Below are positions 51,147-60,400 of a stretch of DNA of 64,000 nucleotides, in pieces. Within the stretch, counting starts at the first letter, position 1, and every line of letters begins with the position of its first letter. The notes below the pieces were generated by a model, which did not search any database, was not told the DNA's origin, and was given only the letters and a program-made list of their open reading frames with translations. Both the position numbers and the translations under genes were made by a program. Source of the DNA: a virus; the IMG/VR virus record IMGVR_UViG_3300031703_000003, positions 7,497 through 71,496 of that record; one strand, written 5' to 3'.

Positions 51147-51790
51147 TGTTAACACTAAAAGAACATCTAACATTTGATCAAGCAAATATCATAACTGAGG
51201 CCAAAGATAACGGCCACGGCGGTAAAAGCTTGTATATGGAAGGTATCTTTGTACAAGGTGACAAACGTAATCAGAACCAAAGAGTTTACCCGGTATCAGA
51301 AATATCTCGAGCTGTTAACTCAGTTCAAGAGAAAATCCAATCCGGTTATACAGTATTAGGCGAAGCTGACCATCCAGAAGACTTGCAAGTCAACTTGGAT
51401 CGTGTAAGCCACATGATTGAAAAAATGTGGATGAACGGTGCAGATGGTTATGGAAGGCTAAAACTATTGCCTACTCCAATGGGGCAAATTTGCATAACCC
51501 TGTTAGAAAACGGCGTAAAGCTAGGTGTATCATCACGCGGTAGTGGTAATGTTACTGAAGGCGGATCAGTGAGTGACTTTGAAATACAAACTGTAGACAT
51601 TGTTGCTAACCCAAGCGCACCAGATGCGTACCCAGATCCACTTTATGAACAAATAATGAACGGTAACAGAGGCAATATTTTGCTAGACGTTGCTGCCGCA
51701 AATTGTCATGATAATACAGCACAAAAATACCTCCAGGAAGAGGTATTAAAGTTCATTAACAACTTAGATATAAATAATAGGAGAAAGTAA
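51146..51790 (+). CDS. gp21: Prohead core protease, T4 gp21-like
   Basis: N.NQRVYP, LGEADHP, LGVSSRGSG, DIVANPSAPDA. Confidence 0.93.
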   Translation: MLTLKEHLTFDQANIITEAKDNGHGGKSLYMEGIFVQGDKRNQNQRVYPVSEISRAVNSVQEKIQSGYTVLGEADHPEDLQVNLDRVSHMIEKMWMNGADGYGRLKLLPTPMGQICITLLENGVKLGVSSRGSGNVTEGGSVSDFEIQTVDIVANPSAPDAYPDPLYEQIMNGNRGNILLDVAAANCHDNTAQKYLQEEVLKFINNLDINNRRK

Positions 51791-52890
51791 TGGCACATGC
51801 AATAGAACAACTCCTAAGTTCAGAAGTCCTATCAGAAGAAGTGCGTTCAACACTATCAGAAGCTTGGAATACAAAATTAAGTGAGGCTCGTGAAGAGATC
51901 ACTGTTGAATTACGCGAAGAATTCGCAGATCGTTATGAAACAGATAAATCACAAATGGTGGAAGCACTAGATGCGATGTTATCAGAAACAATAAAAGGCG
52001 AACTGGTTGAATTTCAAGCAGATAAAAAAGCAGCAGTTGAATCTCAAGTAGAGTACAAGCGTAAAATTGTAGAACATGCAGAATTACTTGATGGTTTTGT
52101 GATGGAAACTTTAAAGAAAGAAATCGCAGAACTACGCAAAGACAGAAAGCTACAAGAAGGCAACTTCGCAAAGCTTGAAGACTTTGTAATGGAACAACTT
52201 ACTTCAGAACTTAACGAATTCCACCAAGACAAGAAAGACCTTATTGAACAGAAGGTAAAACTTGTTTCAGAAGGTAAAAATATGATTGCTAAAGCTAAGG
52301 CAGCATTCATTGATAAATCTTCAACTAAGCTAGCTAGTATTGTAGAAAGTACGCTTTCAACAGAACTAGGTACACTTAAAGAAGACATCAAGAAGGCTAA
52401 AGAGAACATGTTCGGTCGCAAAATATTCGAAACATTTGCAGCTGAGTTTATGGGATCACACCTTGCAGAAGGAACACATATTAATACACTTTCTACAGAA
52501 CTTTTAAACGTGAAGAATCAACTTGATGAATCACAGAAAGAGAACACAAATAAAGAGGCACAAGTCATAAAAGCACACAAGATCGTTGCTAAAATGAATG
52601 AAAGCCGCGCACGTGAATCAGCAATGTCTGAATTGCTTGCACCTTTATCGAAAGACAAGCGTCAGCTAATGACCAATTTACTCGAAACAGTTCAAACAAC
52701 AAAACTGAAAGCATCATTTAATAAATACTTGCCAACAGTGTTAAACGAAACAGTAAAGAAACCACTAGCAGATAATAACAAGCTATTTGAGACTCAGAAG
52801 ACTGAAGTCACAGGTAATAAGCCAGCTACAGCAGATGTTACATCTGAAGCTGAAATTATTAACCTTAAAAAATTAGCAGGTATCAAATAA
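51790..52890 (+). CDS. gp22: Prohead scaffolding protein, T4 gp22-like
   Basis: Coiled-coil protein between protease and major capsid protein. Confidence 0.8.
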   Translation: MAHAIEQLLSSEVLSEEVRSTLSEAWNTKLSEAREEITVELREEFADRYETDKSQMVEALDAMLSETIKGELVEFQADKKAAVESQVEYKRKIVEHAELLDGFVMETLKKEIAELRKDRKLQEGNFAKLEDFVMEQLTSELNEFHQDKKDLIEQKVKLVSEGKNMIAKAKAAFIDKSSTKLASIVESTLSTELGTLKEDIKKAKENMFGRKIFETFAAEFMGSHLAEGTHINTLSTELLNVKNQLDESQKENTNKEAQVIKAHKIVAKMNESRARESAMSELLAPLSKDKRQLMTNLLETVQTTKLKASFNKYLPTVLNETVKKPLADNNKLFETQKTEVTGNKPATADVTSEAEIINLKKLAGIK

Positions 52891-52901
52891 AGGAGTATAC
52901 C

Positions 52902-54065
52902 ATGTCACAGAATTTATTCGAAAATTGGGGCGCAACTAAAGAAGCCCTTACTGACGGTTTAAACGGCAACAAGAAAGTTGTTATGGAATCAGTTCTAGAA
53001 AACACTAGACGTTACATTTCAGAAGCTGCAGATGCCGGAACTACAATGTCAGGCAACGTTGCAACATTAAACAAAGTTATTTTACCAGTAATCCGCCGCG
53101 TAATGCCTACGGTTATTGCTAACGAACTAGTTGGCGTACAGCCAATGACTGGCCCAGTTGGCCAAATCCACACACTACGTATCCGCTACTCACAGTCAGC
53201 TGGTGGCGTTGCAGCTGGTGACGAAGCATTATCACCATTCGCAATTGCTAAAGGCTATTCAGGTGATGCAGCAACTGGTGGACCATCATCAACAGCATCA
53301 TTAGAAGCAGAAGCTGGACGCAAGATGTCTATCCAAGTTCTAAAGCAAACTGTTGAAGCTAAGACACGTAAGTTGTCAGCTCGTTGGACTTTTGAAGCAG
53401 CACAAGATGCTAACTCAATGCACGGTCTAGACGTTGAAGCAGAAATCATGCAAGCACTTGCACAAGAAATTACTGCAGAAATCGACCAAGAAGTTCTTAC
53501 TTCTCTACGTACATTAGCAGGTTCTGCTACTGATACATACGACCAGGCAGCAGTGTCGGGCGTAGCAACTTTCGTTGGTGACCAGCATGCGGCACTAGCA
53601 GTTCTTATTAACAGAGCAGCTAACCTAATTGCAGCACGTACACGTCGTGGCGCAGGTAACTACGTTGTTGTTTCACCAACAATGTTAACAGTACTACAGT
53701 CAGCAACTACATCAGCATTTGCTCGTACTACAGAAGGTCCTTTTGAAGCACCTACTAATACTAAGTTTGTTGGTACACTAAACAACACTATGCGTGTGTT
53801 TGTAGACCAGTATGCATCTGATGCTACACCAATCTTAGTTGGTTATAAAGGCGAAGGCGAAATTGACGCAGCTGCGTTCTATTGCCCATATATCCCTCTA
53901 ATGTCATCTGGTACAGTACTAGATCCATCAACATTCGAACCAACAGTGTCATTCATGACACGTTACGGTTACGTAGAGCTTAACAACCAGGCTTCATCAC
54001 TTGGTAACGCAGCAGACTACTTAGCTAAGATCGATGTTACATCAGCTAACTTGTCTTTCCAGTAA
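52902..54065 (+). CDS. gp23: Major capsid protein, T4 gp23-like
   Basis: GVQPMTGPVG, VEAKTRKLSARWT.E.AQD...HG, EI..EID.E, FYCPYIPL, TRYG. Confidence 0.97.
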   Translation: MSQNLFENWGATKEALTDGLNGNKKVVMESVLENTRRYISEAADAGTTMSGNVATLNKVILPVIRRVMPTVIANELVGVQPMTGPVGQIHTLRIRYSQSAGGVAAGDEALSPFAIAKGYSGDAATGGPSSTASLEAEAGRKMSIQVLKQTVEAKTRKLSARWTFEAAQDANSMHGLDVEAEIMQALAQEITAEIDQEVLTSLRTLAGSATDTYDQAAVSGVATFVGDQHAALAVLINRAANLIAARTRRGAGNYVVVSPTMLTVLQSATTSAFARTTEGPFEAPTNTKFVGTLNNTMRVFVDQYASDATPILVGYKGEGEIDAAAFYCPYIPLMSSGTVLDPSTFEPTVSFMTRYGYVELNNQASSLGNAADYLAKIDVTSANLSFQ

Positions 54066-54090
54066 ATCTTACTAGAAATATAATTTACAC

Positions 54091-54119
54091 AAAACAGGCT
54101 CTAAGGAGCCTGTTTTTTT
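54091..54119 (+). terminator. Rho-independent terminator after the capsid gene
   Basis: AAAACAGGCTC-TAAG-GAGCCTGTTTT followed by a T-run. Confidence 0.9.
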
Positions 54120-54140
54120 ATGACTAAACTACCAATGTCG

Positions 54141-54169
54141 TTGACATTATAAATAATATAATGTATAAT
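54141..54169 (+). promoter_or_regulatory. Sigma70 consensus promoter with TATAAATA in its spacer
   Basis: TTGACA-17 bp-TATAAT; TATAAATA at 54148-54155. Confidence 0.65.
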
Positions 54170-54410
54170 ATACGTAGATATGATTATATGTATACTGAAT
54201 TATATTTTAGATAAATACATAGTGTAAAGGAATGTGTATGTAAGTTATATATTTTGCTATGTGATGTTAGCAAAATATATTGTGATAATAGTAATGAATT
54301 AAAACACATGAAATTTAATGCTTATTGCACATCTTAGTGTCAATTGTGTTGTACATATTGACACATACTAACAAAGCCCAGCATTGGGTAAAGTTAACAA
54401 AGGGAAGTTT

Positions 54411-56219
54411 ATGTCGATTAATGTAAACCACAGTAGTGGAAAGATATCAACAGGTGGCAAAGATCTAGCCCTTGATGCAGAAGGCATTGGATACAATGTT
54501 AGTGTATCAAGCAATAGAGTAGTAGATGTACTCGATCCAATTAATCCACAAGACGCTGTAACTAAAATATTTTTAGAAAATGCAGTTAGTAACATAACAG
54601 GCGGAGTGGGTGTAACATTAAGCGATGTTCAAAACTTAATCAACAGCGCATTAGACACAATAAGTTTATTAACACCGCAATCACCACCTCAGTTTGCAAC
54701 TAAAGTACTATCAGTTACTAGCTTATCAAGTTATAGAATTACAGATTTTACACAAACAAACAATACATTAACATCTATATCAGCATCACCTGGTTCCGTT
54801 GTTAATAACGTCACACGTTCTCAAAATTTTTATACTAACACACTAAGTGAAGCTGGGCCTGGTAATTCTGGAACAATCAATGTATACAAAAATGGTACAA
54901 TTACATCAACTAAACTTCTAGATGCAACTATTAACAACGGCACATACACTGACACTGATAATTTAGTAATTAGTAATAATGTAGATTATGGGTCAATAAC
55001 AGGCAATCCATTGGGATTTGATTATGTTATAAATGCTCAAGTAAGCGGCAATGTTCCTGCAGGATGGAATGATATATATGTTCAGCACGACCTTGTAGGC
55101 GGAACAAATTCTCAAACAAATAAAGTAGAATGGTACAGCGACCAAAGTTCACCAGGCAATCCGTTAGTTACAAACAAAAGCATTACACCTAGTAATGTAA
55201 ACGTTGGTCAGGTATACTCTAGTACAATACCGCACTATACATCACAACAACAATTTGACATTAGCTTTAATGTGTCAAAATTAAGCGGAGATTTTTATCC
55301 TGCTACTGACAATTTTATTACAAGCGCAGGCACCAGCTCTAATAGTGCATTAAATACAATAAGCCCTATATCATATCAAGTAGCAGGCCTGCCTACTCCA
55401 CTACCGAGAAACTATTTAAATGCAACATCGACGCTAATTGCAACATACGTGAATGTTAAAAATTCTACAAATATTGCAAGCGAAACTGAGACGCTAAGTA
55501 TTAGAGTGGACAACAGTTACGCAACAGCAGTAGAAACATTTACAATAGGTTCCAAGATACTATATATGCGAGATGACAACAACATAACAAACATCATAGA
55601 TGAAACGCAAGTTTCAGTTGAGTCAGTTGGTTACGGAAACGGCAACGCTAGACGCATATCAACTGTAAACAATGACACACCACCTGAAACAACGTTTAAT
55701 GATTTTATAGGACAAACAAGTACATTGAATTCATGGGACGCAACAGTAGCAGGCGGCATACTGACACATGATCAAACAGATTACAGTGTTGGTTACTTGC
55801 CACCAGGACCTGATTTAAGCACAGGTAGATCTGCATCTCAGTATGTACAGTTTGCATTAAACAGAACAGCAGTATCTAAATTTGCAATAGAATACACTGG
55901 TAAAATAAGTGGCTGCTGGGTCAGATTACCAGGTGCTACAACAGATACAACTAGTTCGCAAAATGGTTGGTTAGATGCAACAGTACCGTACGAAGGAGTT
56001 GGTGTACCAGGCGACACTACAGCAGCAGGCGGCAATGGGTCAAATGGTTGTGGACTAGCAGGTGTAGTAATAACCGGATCACATCAAGCTAATAAAACTG
56101 TAAACATAACGTTTGGAACAGAATCGAGTTCCAATGCAACAGATGAAATGATTATATTAAGAATAAAGCTAGAGTCATTAGATTCCTTAACAAAGCTGAA
56201 ATTTAAGACAGCAGACTAA
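54411..56219 (+). CDS. Virion structural protein
   Basis: S/T/N/G-rich, beta-type composition; DP..PQDAVTK motif; follows the capsid gene. Confidence 0.6.
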   Translation: MSINVNHSSGKISTGGKDLALDAEGIGYNVSVSSNRVVDVLDPINPQDAVTKIFLENAVSNITGGVGVTLSDVQNLINSALDTISLLTPQSPPQFATKVLSVTSLSSYRITDFTQTNNTLTSISASPGSVVNNVTRSQNFYTNTLSEAGPGNSGTINVYKNGTITSTKLLDATINNGTYTDTDNLVISNNVDYGSITGNPLGFDYVINAQVSGNVPAGWNDIYVQHDLVGGTNSQTNKVEWYSDQSSPGNPLVTNKSITPSNVNVGQVYSSTIPHYTSQQQFDISFNVSKLSGDFYPATDNFITSAGTSSNSALNTISPISYQVAGLPTPLPRNYLNATSTLIATYVNVKNSTNIASETETLSIRVDNSYATAVETFTIGSKILYMRDDNNITNIIDETQVSVESVGYGNGNARRISTVNNDTPPETTFNDFIGQTSTLNSWDATVAGGILTHDQTDYSVGYLPPGPDLSTGRSASQYVQFALNRTAVSKFAIEYTGKISGCWVRLPGATTDTTSSQNGWLDATVPYEGVGVPGDTTAAGGNGSNGCGLAGVVITGSHQANKTVNITFGTESSSNATDEMIILRIKLESLDSLTKLKFKTAD

Positions 56220-56230
56220 GGGGACATTGA

Positions 56231-57271
56231 TTGGCTATTAACGATACTAAAAAATTAGACTATCTTTGGAAGAAGTTAGGATATGGCTCAACTGCCACTG
56301 ATGGACCTAGTAAAAAGAGTGCATCAAACGAAAGCATTCCAAGTCCTTTATTACTAAGAGGCGACAAGATTTGGGTTAACGCACATGAAGTTTCTGCCGT
56401 TATACCCACCACAAGTTCCGAGCATGTTCAGGTTCACAACGATACGCTGAGTACTACAGTAGAGTGTAGTATGGATAATACAGCAGAACCTTTACGTACA
56501 TGGAAAACTGGTCAAGCTGACTGGGTACCACCAGAGTTTGGTCCAACATATCAAATCAAAGTCTATGTAGACTCACCAAGCGCCGGAGAACCTCAAACCA
56601 CTGGAACACGACTATTCCCTGACGGGACTGGAAATGACGAATGGTTTTTTGATTATCAATCCGGCGTTATCCATTTTATCGGAGATTTGCTTCCTACTCC
56701 TGTTATTAATGGAAAAACTCTTTACATCACAGGTGCAAGATATGTTGGCGACACAGGACTGTCTAACTTCTCTACAGGCGGCGGTTCTGGCTCTGTTGGT
56801 GCATACCCTATATCTGACAGCTGGATATCAGACGGCACTGCAACTTCTTATATACTTTCATATTCACCTGCAAATGCAGATGCAATAGATCTTTATGTAC
56901 ATGACGTGTTACAGCGACCAAATGAAGTGTATAGTGTAGCCGGAAATATTTTAACACTAACAGCATCTCCAGCCACAGGCGCAGATATTTATGTTAAATA
57001 CAGAACATCATTTACGACAGCAATTGGCATACCTGATAACAGCATTGAGCCTCGACATCTCAAAATTGTTTATACAAGTGACCAATATGCAGGTGATGGA
57101 ATACAAACATTGTATGATATTAATCCCGGTCACACTGCTGACAGTATTTTCGTTATCGTTAACGGCCAGATTATCCCTCCGTCTATCTACACAGTAGTAG
57201 GCACTCGTCTTACACTTGCAACAGCGTCAGCTATTAATGACATAGTTGACATAAGATACCTACCAGTATAG
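56231..57271 (+). CDS. Virion structural protein with two C-terminal beta-sandwich-like repeats
   Basis: DYLWKKLGYG, WFFDYQSG; two DG....Y...V.V.....P..Y.V.G..LTL..A repeats; TTG start with AGGG RBS. Confidence 0.6.
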   Translation: MAINDTKKLDYLWKKLGYGSTATDGPSKKSASNESIPSPLLLRGDKIWVNAHEVSAVIPTTSSEHVQVHNDTLSTTVECSMDNTAEPLRTWKTGQADWVPPEFGPTYQIKVYVDSPSAGEPQTTGTRLFPDGTGNDEWFFDYQSGVIHFIGDLLPTPVINGKTLYITGARYVGDTGLSNFSTGGGSGSVGAYPISDSWISDGTATSYILSYSPANADAIDLYVHDVLQRPNEVYSVAGNILTLTASPATGADIYVKYRTSFTTAIGIPDNSIEPRHLKIVYTSDQYAGDGIQTLYDINPGHTADSIFVIVNGQIIPPSIYTVVGTRLTLATASAINDIVDIRYLPV

Positions 57272-57402
57272 TTTTCATATACGTTTACTAAAGTCAAATT
57301 GATATAAATACAATACGCACTGTGTGGTTCCCACATAGTGTGAATTCATGCGTATGAAAGAATTGTACGCTTTTATCAATATATTGATTGGAGAAATCTA
57401 AT

Positions 57403-60400
57403 ATGGCTTTTAGACAAATTAAAGCACCCGCACTCGGTACTGGTTCAGTAATCGTAGGCAAACTGGCCCCATCATCAGTTTCTGGCCAAACTGGTGCAGG
57501 TTCAGTCGCATCACTAGATACATTCCTATTGCACAGTGCATCATCGGACGCACTACTTAAAGTAACAGCAGCAGATCTTATCGGTTCATATACAACTGAC
57601 GATCTATTAGAAGGTGCTAACAAGTACTTTACTAATGCCCTTGCTAAAGCAGCAGTAGTAACAGACATCGCAGATGCGGTTTCAGCAGAAGCAGTAATTG
57701 CACGTGCAGCAGAAGTAGCTAACACAAATGCAATCTCAGCAGAAGCAACTCGTGCAACAGCAGCAGAAGGCGTTAACGCAACTGCTACATCTGACGAGGC
57801 AACACGTGCAACAGGACGTGAAAATGCAATTGAAACTGCGTATCAGCTAGCTGATACAAATATACAATCACAAATCGACAATATTCTTACTAACGTCGAT
57901 CCAGCAGCACTAGATTCACTTAGTGAAATTGTTGCTGAATTCCAAACACAAGACAGCGCACTATCTTCATCTATCACAGCTAACGCTAACGCTATTGCAG
58001 CAGAAGTTACAGCACGTGCAACAGCAGACGCTAGTCTAGCAGATGACATTGCAGCAGAAGCAGTAACAGCTAGAGCAGCAGAAGGCGCTAACGCAACAGC
58101 TATTACATCTGAAGCAGCAACACGTTTAGCAGATGATAACGCACTAGCAGCACGTGCAACAGCAGTAGAAGGCGACATTGTTACATTAAATTCAGGTCTA
58201 GCATCTGAAATTGCAACAACTGGTTCTGAAATTGCAACACTACAATCTGACTTAGCAACTGAAGTATCACGCGCAACTGGTTCTGAATCAGCTAACGCAA
58301 CAGCTATTGCTTCAGAAGCAACAGCTCGCGCAAATGCAGATACAAGTGTTCGCACTGACTTTGCAACAGCAGACGCAGCAGTAACTACAGCTATGCAGAC
58401 ATATGCAGACGCAGCAGAAGCAGATGCAATTGCATCAGCAGAAGCAAAAGACGTAACTCGCGCAGCAACAGCAAGTGCAGACGCAACAGCTAAAGCTGAT
58501 TCAGCTCAAGCAGCAGCAGAAGCAACAGCAAGTGCAGACGCAACAGCTAAAGCTGATTCAGCTCAAGCAGCAGCAGAAGCAACAGCAAGTGCAGACGCAA
58601 CAGCTAAAGTATTAGCAGAAACAACACGCGCAGGCCTAGCAGAAGTTGCAAACGCAGACGCTGTTACAGCAGAAGCAACTACTCGTAGTGCAGCAGACGT
58701 TACATTACAAGACAACATTGATACATTGGAAACAACTGTAAACAATGTTATCTCTAACGTTGACGCAGCATCACTTGATTCATTAACTGAAATCGTTTCA
58801 GCATTTGAAACAGCTGATACCGCTCACACAGCAGCAATCAACGCAGCAGCAACAGATCGCGCATTAATCCGCACAGAAGTTGGTATTTCAGAAGGCGCTA
58901 TTACAACAGCATTGAACGCAGAAATTGCAACTACAGGCGGCGAAATCGCAGCATTAGTAGCGGCAGACACAGCAGAATCTGCAAACCGTGTATCAGGCGA
59001 CGCAGCATCAGTTGCAACAGCAGCATTAGATGCAACAGCTAAAGCTGATCAAGCAGTAGTTGACGCAGAAGCAAAAGACGTAACTCGCGCAGCAACAGCA
59101 AGTGCAGATGCAACTACTAAGGCTAACGCGGCGCAAGCAGCAGCAGAAGCAACAGCAAGTGCAGACGCAACTACTAAAGCTGATTCAGCAGAAGCAGATG
59201 CAATTGCATCAGCAGAAGCTAAAGATGTAGCACGTGCAGTAACTTCAGACGCAGCAGATGACGCATTATCTTTACGTGCAACAGCACTTGAAGGCGAAAT
59301 GGATGCAGTTGAAGCAGATATTGCAACTAACGTAGCAGCTATTTCTCAAGAAGTATCTGATCGCGCAGCGGCAGACTTAACTCTTACTAATGGATTATCA
59401 GCAGAAGCAACAACAGCTAGAGCAGCAGAACTTGCAAATGCAAATGATATTTCAGCAGAAACAACACGCGCAACAGCAGCAGAAGGCGTAAATGCAACTA
59501 ACATTGCAAGCGAAGTAACACGTGCAACAGCTAAAGATGGTGTACATGATACAGCAATCGCTACTAACGTAAGTGATATCGCTACTAACGCAGCAGCTAT
59601 TACAGCAGAAACAGGACGAGCAACATCAGCAGAAGGTGTTAACGCAACAGCTATCTCAGATGAAGCATCACGTGCAACAGCAGCAGAAGGTGTTAACGCA
59701 ACAGCTATCTCAGATGAAGCATCACGTGCAACAGCAGCAGAAGGTGTTAACGCAACAGCTATCTCAAGCGAAGCAACTACTGCTAGATCAGCAGAAAGTG
59801 CAAATGCAACAGCTATCTCAAGCGAAGCAACTACTGCTAGAGCAGCAGAAGGTGTTTTAACTACGGATGTGGCAACAAACGCTACAGCTATTTCAAATGA
59901 AGCAGCAACAGCTAGAGCAGCAGAAGGCGTAAATGCAACAGCTATCTCAAGCGAAGCAACTACTGCTAGAGCAGCAGAAAGTGCAAATGCAACAGCTATT
60001 TCAAATGAAGCAACACGTGCAACTGGAATCGAAGCCAGCCTACGTACAGATGTTGACACTAACTTAGCATCAATTAACAACATTATCAGCAACACTGATT
60101 CTGCAGCACTAGATTCACTAACAGAAATTGTTACTGCATTCCAAGGCGCAGATTCAACTATTAATGGTGCAATTACTGCACTAGCAGCTACAGCTTCAAC
60201 AGATCGCGCAGCGATCCGTACAGAGTTTGCAACAGCAGATGGTGTTTTAACTACAGCTATCTCAAGCGAAGCAACTACTGCTAGAGCAGCAGAACTTGCA
60301 AATGCAAATGCTATTACAGCAGAAACAGGCCGAGCGACATCAGCAGAAGGTGTTTTAACTACAGCTATCTCAAGCGAAGCAACTACTGCTAGAGCAGCAG

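Noticed and set aside
36590-54065. Inteins or introns in gp46, gp47, portal or capsid genes
   Set aside because: Lengths are normal, motifs are contiguous, and no intein splice motifs were seen.
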